Origin: Macrostomum lignano | Lineage: Eukaryota | Assembly (NCBI GenBank): GCA_002269645.1 | Contig: NIVC01002881.1 | Location: 1 to 64,000, forward strand | Direction: 5' to 3' | Length of the DNA stretch: 64,000 bases | Part shown: piece after piece, positions 24,643 to 36,700 of the stretch | Layout of the letters: each line of letters opens with the position of its first letter | How positions within the stretch are numbered: the stretch's first letter is position 1 | The notes under the pieces: generated by a model | What the model saw: only the letters and a program-made list of their open reading frames with translations | Told to the model about the DNA's origin: nothing | Databases searched by the model: none | Translations under genes and position numbers: made by a program

Positions 24643-25302
24643 AGCATTGAAATTTCAGTAATTCTCTCTAAGAGTAATTATAGCACTACTACAGCATTAT
24701 AGCGATTCCCTTCAAGCCTCGACATCGTAGGGATTCCCAAATAAATCTCTTAACTTCGACATGAAGCTTCTTTTATTTTTTACATTACGCTTTTTTATCA
24801 GCGATCCCTCCCCTAAGGAGGCATCAAATAATGTAATAAAACGTTTTCAATAAACTACATGTAGCTTGTAGCTTCTGACTTTAGCCTTGAAATCTCATTT
24901 ATACCCCCGTGAGCCTTGACATCTCAGCTATTCCCCCCGTAAGCCTTGACATGTCAGCGATGGCCCCCATAAACCTTGAAATCTAAAAAATCCCCTGTTA
25001 ACCTTGAAACCCGATAAAATCTAACCCTCAACCCACACCTGACCTAAACCTAACTTTAACCCAACCTAAAGCCTTGAAATCTCAGCAATTCTTCTCCCCT
25101 AAGCCTTGACATTTTAGTGATTCCTTCTTTAAGAATCACAGCACTATAACGATTTCCACACCAAGCTTTGACATCGTAGCAATTCCCAAATGAATCTTTT
25201 AACTTCGACATGACTTTTCTTTTATGTATACATAGTGCTTCTTTTCTTTTTTACATGACTCTTCTTCTATCAGCGCCCCCCCCCCCCGTGGCGAGCCAAC
25301 AA

Positions 25303-25671
25303 TTTTTTTATTAGAGGCACGGGGGTTGTGTGCACCCTGGCGCACTTTAAGCGACATTGGCACACAACCGGCGAGAGGCATTACTGCCCATTCCGCCGAC
25401 TCCCCTGAGCAGGCATACAAGCGCGCGGATACGTACGCAGGCACACACTCACACAGGAGTGTACAGCGGCCCTAATTTTATATTATCATTAGGCATGTAC
25501 ACTTCACTGCGCCTTGGGGGGGGGGGGGTTGGCTCTCAAGGCCGTTAATTGCACGAGCAGAGCCAAGCCGAGATTCCAATTCAGCCCCAAATTAATGTGA
25601 CTGCACTTGGAATCGAGCCTGGGTCGCTGGCACACCAGAGCAGCTGCGCTACCGCTGGGCTACGGCCCCCC
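25303..25671 (-). mobile_element. tRNA-derived SINE, full length
   Basis: Reverse complement of 27608-27968; A-rich tail; 14-bp TSD tggcgagccaacaa (25289-25302 and 25672-25685). Confidence 0.9.
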
Positions 25672-26877
25672 TGGCGAGCCAACAAAGAATGCAATAAAAA
25701 AATGGAGTAAAGTACATGAACTTTGAAGTAGCTTCTGACTTTTGCTTTGACATCTCAGAAACCCCCCCCCCGTAATCTCAGTTATTCTCTGAGAGTCTTT
25801 ACGTCTCAGTTTTTCTCCCCAGCACAGCATTATAGCTGCATTTAATTTTTACATGACCCTTCATGTCTGACATGACGCTTCTTTTATTCTACCATGATGC
25901 TTCTTAATTTTTTAAATGACACTTTCATTAGTTTTTAATCGAGGCTTCTATGATTTTTTCATGACGCTTCTATGATTGTTTACATGACGCTTCTATGATT
26001 GTTTACATGACGCTTCTATGATTTTTTAAATGACGCTTCTATGATTGTTTACACGACGCTTCTATGATTGTTGACATGACGCTTCTATGATTTTTTACAT
26101 GACGCTTCCATGATTTTTACATGACGCTTGTATGATTGTTTACATGACGCTTCTATGATTGTTTACATGACGTTTCTTTGATTGTTTACATGACGCTTCC
26201 ATGATTTTTACATGACGCTTCTACGATCTTTTACATGGCGCTTCTATGATTGTTTACATGACGCTTCCATGATTTTTACATGACGCTTCTACGATCTTTT
26301 ACATGGCGCTTCTATGATTTTTTACATGACGCTTCTATGATTTTTTAAATGACGCTTCTACGATTTTTTACATGACGCTTCTATGATTGTTTACATGACG
26401 CTTCTATGATTGTTTACATGACGCTTGTATGATTTTTTACATGACGCTTCTATGATTGTTTACATGACGCTTCTATGATTTTTTTAAATGACGCTTTAAT
26501 GATTGTTTAAATGACGCTTGTATGATTGTCGCGACTTTCCTAGTCATTTCTTAGTTCACCTTCAATTGTCTCTGTTTACTCCGTTTTCTCTCTCTCTGTC
26601 TAGCTCAATCTTGTTATTCTTATCTCTCTCTCCCTTGCTGCGTTCTGATTGGCTCTCCGTTCTCGCCTCTTTCCTCAGTCGCGCACTCCACCCCCTCTCT
26701 TTATTATTCTGGGCCCTGCGCCCACTTACTGCTCATTCTGCTCCTTCAATTTAACTCCAATTCAATAGTCTTTAGTTTAGTATTTTCTCTACATAGCGCC
26801 CAATGTAAAATAATTAAGTCAATTCAGTAAGGCTGGCAAAGGCCATGCCATCGTCATAGTCGTAGCCCTCCACCAGT

Positions 26878-27390
26878 CATCTCATCGCTTCGTCTGTCGG
26901 CCTCATCGCTTCGTCTGTCGGCCTCATCGCTTCGTCTGTCGGCCTCATCGATTCGTCTGCCGGGGGTGCGTCCTGCGGTGTCCTCGGTCTCTCTCGGTTT
27001 CAAATTCTCGGCCGGGGCGCCTCGGAGCTCGCCTGCCGGATCGTCTCTTCGCTCATCGTCTGCCGGGGGTGCGTCCTGCGGTGTCCTCGGTCTCTCTCGG
27101 TTTCAAATTCTCGGCCGGGGCGCCTCGGGGCTCGCCTGCCGGATCGTCTCTTCGCTCATCTTCTGCCGGGGGTGCGTCCTGCGGTGTCCTCGGTCTCTCT
27201 CGGTTTCAAATTCTCGGCCGGGGCGCCTCGGGGCTCGCCTGCCGGATCGTCTCTTCGCTCTTCGTCTGCCGGGGGTGCGTCCTGTGGTGTCCTCGGTCTC
27301 TTCTCTATCGGTTCAAATTCTCGGCCGGGGCGCCTCGGGGCTCGCCTGCCGGATCGTCTCTTCGTTCATCGCCTGCCAGATCGCCTCGTT
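26878..27390. repeat. Internal tandem repeats of the TRIM (21-bp x3-4, then 103-bp x~4)
   Basis: ctcatcgcttcgtctgtcggc repeats; ORF starts at 26966, 27069 and 27172 are spaced by 103. Confidence 0.9.
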
Positions 27391-27607
27391 AATTCGTCAT
27401 TCAATTTTTTCTTTCACCATGTAGTCACAATGTAAAAAATTAAATTAACTTTTTAGGGGGGAGGGTAGATGTAGTCAGTTTTCATTTGGTTGTAACAATT
27501 TATTCATTAAAATCGCACACGTGAAATTTCTTGGTCAAATTTGCATTCACTCTAGTCTCCACAGGTTTTGTATTGAAATTCTTAGTCGTATTTGTACACC
27601 ATTGTAA

Positions 27608-27968
27608 GGGGGGCCGTAGCCCAGCGGTAGCGCAGCTGCTCTGGTGTGCCAGCGACCCAGGCTCGATTCCAAGTGCAGTCACATTAATTTGGGGCTGAAT
27701 TGGAATCTCGGCTTGGCTCTGCTCGTGCAATTAACGGCCTTGAGAGCCAACCCCCCAAGGCGCAGTGAAGTGTACATGCCTAACGATAATATAAAGTTAG
27801 GGCCGCTGTACACTCCTGTGTGAGTGTGTGCCTGCGTACGTATCCGCGCGCTTGTATGCCTGCTCAGGGGAGTCGGCGGAATGGGCAGTAATGCCTCTCG
27901 CCGGTTGTGTGCCAATGTCGCTTAAAGTGCGCCAGGGTGCACACAACCCCCTGCCTCTAAGAAGAAAA
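27608..27968 (+). mobile_element. tRNA-derived SINE, full length, nested in the TRIM
   Basis: Head GGGGGGCCGTAGCCCAGCGGTAG (A box) ... GGCTCGATTCC (B box); tail gcctctaagaagaaaa; 10-bp TSD acaccattgt (27596-27605 and 27969-27978). Confidence 0.9.
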
Positions 27969-29081
27969 ACACCATTGTTAAATTTGCTTTTAAAGTTGTT
28001 TCTTGAACTCTAATTCATAATTCTATTGGTACTCGAAAATTCAAAAAATGTTCCATTTTTTGGGGGGAGTGTCGCGACTTTCCTAGTCATTTCTTAGTTC
28101 ACCTTCAATTGTCTCTGTTTACTCCGTTTTCTCTCTCTCTGTCTAGCTCAATCTTGTTATTCTTATCTCTCTCTCCCTTGCTGCGTTCTGATTGGCTCTC
28201 CGTTCTCGCCTCTTTCCTCAGTCGCGCACTCCACCCCCTCTCTTTATTACTCTGGGCTCAACCCCCCAAAGTTAAATGTTCTATAAATATATCGGTTTGG
28301 GCCCTGCGCCCACTTACTGCTCATCCTGCTCCTTCAATTTAACTCCAATTAAATAGTCTTTAGTTTAGTATTTTCTCTACAATGATTGTTTACATGACGC
28401 TTCTATGATTTTTTACATGACACTTCTATGATTTTTATATGACGCTTCTATGACTTTTTTACATGACGCTTCTATGATTTTTTACATGACGCTTCTACGA
28501 TTGTTTAGATGACGCTTCTATGATTGTTTACATGACGCTTCTATGATTTTTTACATGACGCTTCTATGATTTTTTCATGACGCTTCTATGATTTTTTACA
28601 TGACGCTTCTATGATTGTTTACATGACGCTTCTATGATTTTTTACATTACGCTTCTATGATTTTTATATAACGCTTTTACGAGTTTTTACATGGCGCTTC
28701 TATGATTGTTTACATGACACTTCTATGATTTTTTACATGACGCTTCTTTTTAAAAAGTCTTTTAGTTTTCCTGACGTTGAAAAGCTTTAATTAAAAAAAT
28801 TATACTCTATGAAAATTCGAACCATCGTCGCTGCATTTGGCAGTTCAGTTTGTTCACCTCTAGGCTAGCTCTCATCGTTTTGATAACATCAAATTTTGCA
28901 CTTATATAATTCAACACTTTAAAATCCAAGCATAGAGTAAATCACACGAAGCAGTTATGACATAATCAGTTTCTCAGTCAGTCAGTATCAGTTAACAATA
29001 TGGTTACGCAATTTAAATCAAGTCTGGTGCTACGCTTCCACACTGCATTTTCAATTCAAGTCGGAGTTACAGTTCAGTTAT

Positions 29082-29390
29082 GATGCAATCTATTTCAGAA
29101 TCAGAATTCAACCAGTCAGTTTTTTCTCTAGCATTCTTACAATGCATTTCAAGTCGAAAAGTTTGCTTGACCTTTGCAGAAAAGCGTGTTTTTCGAATAT
29201 TTAATGCCTTTAGCATCGAGCAATTTCTTAGCCACGATGCATGTACCGTCCCGGGAAAATTTCTGATCGAACAGTGCAAGTCTCATGAAAATCGGTTAAG
29301 CCGTTTTTTCTCTAATCTATCACATATATATAAACATCACATTTTTAGTATATAAGCAATCTAGTGCGGCCCCCCTTCGGGGCGCCCAAT
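29082..29390 (+). mobile_element. Non-autonomous Helitron/HINE-like element, copy 1
   Basis: Shares gatgcaatctatttcagaatcagaattcaaccagtcag... with 30388. Ends with a microsatellite, tttagtata, CTAG and the hairpin gcccc-cttc-ggggc. Confidence 0.55.
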
Positions 29391-29489
29391 AAGAAAGGAG
29401 CAAAAATAGTTCATGGAAAACAATAAAAAAACACATTTTCTTAAACACTAATTCCTTCTTCACATTTTAAAAATCACCTTATTCGTGTA

Positions 29490-30300
29490 AAATTGTCACG
29501 GACTAAGATGTTTGCAAAATTAAAAAATCACTTTTTCTCTAAAATTAACAAACAGTCAACAAAATATCGTTTCCCTAAATAGAAAATATTCCCAAGACAG
29601 CAAGCAACCCCCTCCAAAAGTGAACAATCGCAGATAGCAAGCATCCTCTAATGCTCATAGCAAGAATCACCACAGATAGCAAGCATCTGCAGATTAGCAA
29701 GCACCCCCCAGATATTATAGAAGCATCCACCCAGATAGCAAGCATTCTGCAGATAGCAAGCACCCCCAGATATTATAGAAGCATTCTGCAGATAGCAAGC
29801 ACCCCCCAGATATTATAGAAGCATCCACCCAGATAGCAAGCATCCTGCAGATAGCAAGAATCCCTAAATAGCAAGCATCCTGCAGATAGCAGGAATCCCT
29901 GAATAGCAAGCATCCCTGGATAGAAAGAATCCCATGCATGTAGCCAGTACCCCCTCTCCCAAATAGCAAGTATCCCCCTCGAGAGCAAGCATCCACGAGA
30001 CAGCAAGTAGCTAGTGCAAATGTTACTTCCGCTAATGCAATAATCGCTTTCTCAGGTTGTGCAACAATCCACGTCTCAGCGAGCGCAATAATCTCTTTTT
30101 TAGACAGCGCAGTAATCAGCTTCTCAGCTAGTGCAATAATCCTTGGTTTATTAATAGCAATAATCCTTGATTAATCAAGTGCAATAATCCTTGGTTTATC
30201 AAGTGCAATAATCCTTGGTTTATCAAGTGCAGTAATCTTTGGCTTATAAAGTGCAATAATCCTTGGTTTATCAAGTGCAATAATCCTTTGTTTATCAACT
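29490..30300 (-). repeat. Inverted, diverged copy of the 12.3-14.1 kb minisatellite block (18-bp and 24-bp arrays)
   Basis: ccctaaatagaaaatattcccaagacagcaagc (29572) is the reverse complement of ~13986-14018. cagatagcaagcatc and gtgcaataatccttggttta arrays follow in mirrored order. Confidence 0.85.
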
Positions 30301-30387
30301 GCGCTATGCTTTCACACTCAAAGCTGTGACGCAATTCAATTGAGTGTCAAATTCAGCCAGTACACAGACGATAAATAAAGTGTATTG

Positions 30388-30722
30388 TGATGCAATCTAT
30401 TTCAGAATCAGAATTCAACCAGTCAGTTTTTCTGCTAGCATTCTTACGATGCATTTCAAGTCGAAAGAGCTGCTTGACCTTTGCAAAAAAAGCATGTTTT
30501 TCGAATATTTAATCCCTTTAGCATCAAGCAATTTCTTAGCCACGATGCATGTACTGTCACGGGAAAATTTCTGATCGAACAGTGCAAGTTCGAAGAAAAT
30601 CGGTTGAGCCGTTTTTGCTAAAATCGATCACACACACACACATACACACACACACATACCGACAGACCATTTTTAGTATATGGAAGGACTAGCCATTTAG
30701 CCCCCTTCCGGGTGGCTCTAAA
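30388..30722 (+). mobile_element. Non-autonomous Helitron/HINE-like element, copy 2
   Basis: Homologous to 29082-29390. (CA)n/gacagac tract, tttagtata, CTAG, stem-loop agccccc-ttcc-gggtggct. Confidence 0.55.
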
Positions 30723-33700
30723 ATATTTTTAGAAAAACTTCCTCTCCAGGTAATAGTTCCCAAAATCCAAAACAGTTAAGTAATACATTCAGCAGTTTAT
30801 CAGCGGCATCAGCAATTATTTAATCAGTTTTGCACTATAGCAAGCAACAATCTCATGTAGCTAATCGAAGAGCAACAAACGCTTGCACTGAAGCAAACGT
30901 AATTTTTTTATTTTTGATACATATCGGCACCTATGTACACTAAAACAATTGCTTAGCAAAAATAATGAAGAATAAGGCGTTACTCGATGATAGCCTCATT
31001 CGGCCTGTCTTACATGCCGAACAACAAAATAAATTACGCTATGTAGCTATGCATTTGGACTCAAGCCGTCTAACAAAGAAGCTGTCTGCCACGTGTATAT
31101 GATACGGGTATATTTGAAAACATGAATTGTTGTGTTGTAATAAAAAGCCTTCAGTCCGAACAGTTAGTTGCATTTTATTGACAAATGGAAGCCAGGCCTT
31201 TTAGAATTGATAGCTTCCAGGAAACTTATTTCAATTCCCTCTCGTCGTGACTCAGAAGCAGACAATTTCGGACATTAGCTGTGGCACAAGACTAAATTTC
31301 AAAGTTCATTTTGAAATAACTGTTAAATTCTAATCCTTGACCTACAACCTAGAATTCCATTACTGAGAAACGTGAAACAGGCTTTAATAATTACTGTTAA
31401 TGAACTGCATGCCTTCAATAATCTCTTCCGAAATTTGTAAGCCTAACAAATCCTATGATCTCTTGACAGCAAAAAATGTATGTTGTCTGCTTCCTATTTG
31501 CATTGGCTCCGTTCATCAGGGTTTTTTGATTACCTAGAGGGAGGCCCTTCCCTTGATGTAGCAGCAAGCAAGTCAAACCTTACTGGTAGGTGTTTGTAGA
31601 AGAAAATTTGCTTCATACTGTTTTTATTTTTGTTCAATAAAATTTTTGTTGATTAAAAACTGCTACGAAACGAATTTAGAGTGTCGATTACAAGGTGCAG
31701 CACGAATATTCAACTATCCCCTATACAAAATCTCTAAAATTTGTTTTCAAGATGACTATGCTTGCTGCTGAGTTGCCAAGGCAAAGTCACCAATGAAACA
31801 TACATAATTTAAAATGTAGACAAAAGAACAGTCACAAATGCAGTGTCATAGGCCACGAAATTTTGCAGCTTGAGATTTTGGTAATATTAATAATTAATGC
31901 TTAATAATACTATAAACAGCTGCTCGATCGTATTACCGATGGATAATATGCACAGCAATATAAAGCAAAGCATATCAGACAGCTATTCCGGAAAATCGGG
32001 AACATCTCTATAGAAAAAATCGGGCTCCACAACAAAAATTAACAAAAATGGGCTTAGGCGTTAAATTGAAGTCGTTGAGCTTCAGTCTTAAGCGCAAAAC
32101 TTCTTTGTACCTAGCTATGAGTCCATCGCAGAAAATGAAATTGTAGTTTATTGTATTTTGTGTTGTAATTCAAAGTGCGAATAATCCGAAGTAAACACGT
32201 TGACACCTAGCATTACTTAATGACTATTGCATCCTTCCTATGCATCCCAGGCCCCTAGCCTAAACTCGTAGTAAAGACGGATGATCAATTTTCTTGGGTG
32301 TGTGCCCATATTTAAAGCCAGGTAGACTAGCGTTGCGCTTAGAAAAGTGCATTCAAGCAACAGAAGAATAACTCAACAGCAGTGACTCTTCCAGCACAGC
32401 AGATCAAGTCCACCTTGTTGATGAATTCTAAGTCATCAACGGCTGAGCTGTAATCTTATCACAGTAATTGTGAGTGATAAATCCGACAAGTCTACCACCA
32501 AAAATAAAATACATGAGGTGGAGCAAATGGTGGGAACCCCTACAGCATACTTGTCAGAAAAGCTACATTCAGGCTTAACTTCTTAAGTGCCGTTTAGCCG
32601 TTGTAACAGTAATCCATCCGAAACACGGAGTGACCCAATTTGCTGACGCTAGTAAGTGCATCGTATATATTAACAACTTAAAGTCAAATTTACAGCAATT
32701 GCTGTTTATACTACCCTAGTTTCCTACGCTACTGTTCACCATTTGCTATAATTGCATAGTAATTGACTCTCTCTCTCTCTGTTTCCTATTCTTTGAAATT
32801 TCTCAGAACGTCATGTATACTACAATGCTTACACATGGTACTATTGATAGAAAATATAATGATTTGCTTAAGATTGAAACGGCACTTTTGAACTTCGCTC
32901 ACAACTGCAAATAGCAAAACAAAAAGGTAAACCACCACCAGTGACTCGCACCAGCAACAAACATGAAACCCGGTTGCAAATGATATTGCAGAGAAACTAT
33001 ATAATCAAGCTTAACAACCAATTGTTACTCAATTGCTTTGAGCATATAAGTATTGTATTTTACCTTTTTTAAAAATGAACGCAATTTCTGGAGTTCAAAA
33101 TTTCCTGCTGGTAAAATCAAAAAACCATATATGATAAGTCTCACTCTCACGTTTAGCTGATAAGTCTAATCTCCAGACAGTACCTCTGGATACACAATGT
33201 TCCTCGTCTTGTAACCGGAAATCCGAACGCGAACATTGGAAGCATCTTTAGCCCGAGAAAGTGCTGTGTACAGCTGTCCGTGGGCGAAGCAGCCTTCCAC
33301 GAGTTCAATGCCAACGGTCTCCAGCGATTGTCACTGTAAAATGTATCCGATTTGAAATTTCGCTTAAATGTCACCTCCAAAATAACTTACTTGTAAAAAC
33401 TGTTAAAAATAATCAGCTATTTTACCTGAGCTTTTTGAACAGTCAGGCAGAAGCTTGGCCTCACGGGAAACTGCAGCCGCTTGAAGCACACAGGCAGATC
33501 GGCATTGTTCGGCTGCAGCGGAATCCGGGGCAGCAGGATCTCGTCGCCAGAGAACTGGCCAGCCGCCACCTTGCAGCGCAGCACGTTGTCCCCCAGCGAC
33601 ATGACGATCAGCCGCGTGCCGTTGCACAGCCGAGGCGGGTTAATATTTCGCAGCAGCACCACCGGAATGCCCACCTTGAACTTGAGCAGGTGTTTCGGCA

Positions 33701-36700
33701 GGTTCGGTGCCTCCAACCTATTGAGTAGCTCTGGAGGGAAGTGCGTGGCTGAGTCATCATCAGCCACACTGTCAATGGACTTAAACTCCCGCACGCTTCC
33801 CGGAAACATGGCCAGGCACTCATTGTTGATGGCATCAACGGCCTCGTTGTAAGGCGCCAGGATAGCTCTGTTGGCAAAGTAACCGTCTCTGGCGTCAGAA
33901 GCTTCGAAAGAGGGATACACGAACTCGATTAGATCTCTTAGTGAGGCATCTTCCGGCAGCAGGATCTCAAGCGGAAGAGGAATATTGCCCTCCGAGTCCT
34001 CCTGGATAGAACCTGAACCGATCTGAAGAAATAGATGATCACATAGTTGAACACAAACATACAATGCGAAATATACAGTAAAAGAAATCCAATATAAACG
34101 CTAGTTAAAACACTTCAAATATTTACCTGCATCAGCAGCTGCGAGTACCGCTCCGACAGTGCAGTATCAGAGCTATAATGCAGCCGAATGTTTCCTGTCA
34201 GCCTGTGACGTCGGAATGAATTCCACAGCTTGGACCTGCTCGCACAGGCTTCAACGTTGTTCGCCCTGGTTCCATTTTTAACGACCGGAAGCAGCTGCCG
34301 AAAGTCTACGCAACACACGAAAACAATCCCTCCGAACGGAACATTCTGCTTGCGCACGTCTCGCAGTGTCCGGTCGACAGCCTCCAAGTCTTTCCGGTTG
34401 CTCATGGAGATCTCATCCCAGTCAATGAGACTCGCGTTCCTGAACAGGGCAGCCTTTCGCGACTGAGCGCCGATGGAACAAACATCTCCATCCTGCCGAA
34501 CCAGGCGAACCGGAATTCCGAATCTGCCGAAGGAACAGACAATATCGCCAAATGGCTCATCCATTCTTTGGATTTGCAGGACTAACCTAACCAGAAACTT
34601 GAGACAAAACAATGCACAAATCTGAGATAAAGCACTATTCACTTAAGAAACTCACGCTGAATGGGCAGTCTGTCCACCAGGCAGCAGTGTGGCCGCAATA
34701 CCAGACGAAGCGAATGCAATGGCAACGTTGCCTTGGCCACGCACGAAGGCCAGCAGCACCTCCAGCAAGAACGTCTTTCCAGTTCCTGCAGGGGCATCCA
34801 CGAAGTGCAGGCCGCCGGAGCCGGCACTCAGGTCAGCAGTGATGGCCTCATACGCAGCCCGCTGCTCGTCGGTCAGCTGCGGCACTCGCATCTCCGCGAT
34901 TTCAGCCTGCTCGGCGGTGTCGAACTGCAGAGGTCCAACATAGGGTGCAGCAGACGCGGCAGGCAACCCGTACTCTGCCAAGCTTCGTCCGCCCATTGAT
35001 GTCAGCATGTTCTGCACTTCGCGCAGTGCCATGTCTGTCACTTCCTCGACGCTCAGGTCCGGGTGGCGATAGCGGAAGTCCTCGCACAGGTCCTCTGCGA
35101 AGCTGTTCCACAGCTCCTTTCCATCTTGCGGCTCGCCCCACTCGAGAATGACTGCAAGCAGGTGTCGTACAGCTCTGGGCATCCGCGACTGCACAGCTTC
35201 TACCAAGCATCTGTGCCAGTGGTCGTCTCGCTGCAGCAAGCCGAGAGCCATGCAAGCATCTCTCGCATGGTTGTGCAGCACGCCATCGACAGTCCGCAGT
35301 GCCTCATAGCTGGTCGGTCCCGCACATGCAGCAGAAGGAGGCGGACGAAGAACAGCTCTCCTGCCCTTGGAGACACCGTATACATCCGTGAAATGTTGGT
35401 GTTGCGCTACACACCTGGATGTCCTTCGACTTGCTGGCCCCGCTTGGCCCGACGCCACTCTCTGGCGCTCTGGTGCAGATGAAGTAGGACCGTATTTCCG
35501 TGTATTAGAGTCCGAGCAAACTCGTCAGTTCGGCACAGGTTAAAAAAGCCGTTAGCGTCGAATCTCTCGGCGCCCTTGCCCTGACGCTCGCGGTGCTTCG
35601 TTGAAATACACCAGCTGCTTATTTCGCTCGTGAACGCAGAGACGAATAACCGCTGGGAACCTGTTGTGCACCTGGTGGAATGTTGGAATTCAAAAAACTG
35701 TAGCTCACTGCAGTTAGAAAACTTCGCTGCTTGGATGCAGTTAAGGCAAACAATACACAAATCAGGCACTGCACCAAACATGCTATTAACAGAAATTACT
35801 GTACTGTTGTCAGGTAACTATGATAGAAATTATATTCATGAAGGATTAGGTGCTACAGTTGATAATTCTCAGGCTACGATCGTACGTGCATTACTTTTTT
35901 TCCTGACTTGGTCAGCATTCCGGGTGTTCTAAAATATGCAGCAGATTGAAAATCGAGACTCAACAGCCTTATGCAAGAGCAGTCAGCGGGAGAAAGTGAA
36001 AATAAAATCTACGAGTATACAAGTAAACTTTGTAGACTTACTTCAAATCCCAGAATGATATTAACAGCTTCCATTGGTCCTATGTATCGAGCGGACAGGT
36101 ACTCTGAGATTTCGTCTCGAACTGGTACAGGCTGATTCTGCTGCTGATCAGCCGGCTGCGGCGTCTCCGCGTTTCCCGCCTGCTCTGGCTGTGGCGAATT
36201 GTTGGCCCGTGTCACTCGGAAAGTCGCCATGTCGCCATTCTTCAGCAAATACTTAATTATGTACTTGACGGACTTGACTGTGGCACTGATCTCCACATTA
36301 TTGTGACATGCAAACTCCAGCAGCAAACTCGGGTTATAAGGCACGACAGACCTAAATTGAATCAAAAAAAGAAAAATTGTGTTGAGTCAATGATCACGGC
36401 ATTGTTCATTGTAAATGTGAATGTCTTTGAAAACTCAATTAATGAATTTCAGTTGTGAATGAATTTCATAATAATAAATTATTAATACGAACAATAAGTA
36501 TTTTTAACACGAAATGCAATAAATACGATTATACAGTTAATAGTAAATAATAGAATGCAAAGCACAATGACAATTCAGAAAATAGAAGATAAAATCAACC
36601 GAATTCCACAGAGTGAGCGTTGAACTGGTGGGATATAAATTGTCAAAGAGTGAGCATCAATGCCAGGTGCAATCTAAGGAAGGAGTTTCATGTGTTGCAC

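Larger units (their letters stand above)
24555..25800. repeat. Diverged ~450-bp tandem units (gccttgacatctcagc family); a related partial copy lies at ~12065-12260
   Basis: Blocks repeat in order: ccttgaaatctaaaaa..ctaaccct..gacatcgtag..cccaaat..aacttcgacatga..tatcagcg..C-rich hairpin..gtagcttctgacttt. Confidence 0.65.
26527..28381 (+). mobile_element. Small non-coding LTR retroelement (TRIM-like, 1855 bp)
   Basis: LTRs TGTCGCG...CTACA at 26527-26793 and 28070-28381. 5-bp TSD ATGAT (26522-26526 and 28382-28386). PBS-like tagcgcccaatgt at 26794 (tRNA-Lys(CUU) consensus tggcgcccaacgt). PPT ggggggag just before 28070. No retroviral ORF. Confidence 0.9.
25870..28748. repeat. 23-24-bp minisatellite (tacatgacgcttctatgattgtt), split by the TRIM-like element
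   Basis: Arrays at ~25870-26526 and 28382-28748 in the same orientation. Confidence 0.9.

Noticed and set aside
27608-27685. tRNA gene
   Set aside because: A and B boxes are present but there is no proper acceptor stem; it continues into a shared 290-bp body with tail and TSD, so it is a SINE head.
27865-27895. HDV-like ribozyme (GGCGGAATGGG resembles J4/2-P2)
   Set aside because: No upstream P2 partner (GCCCA) or P1/P3 arrangement was found.
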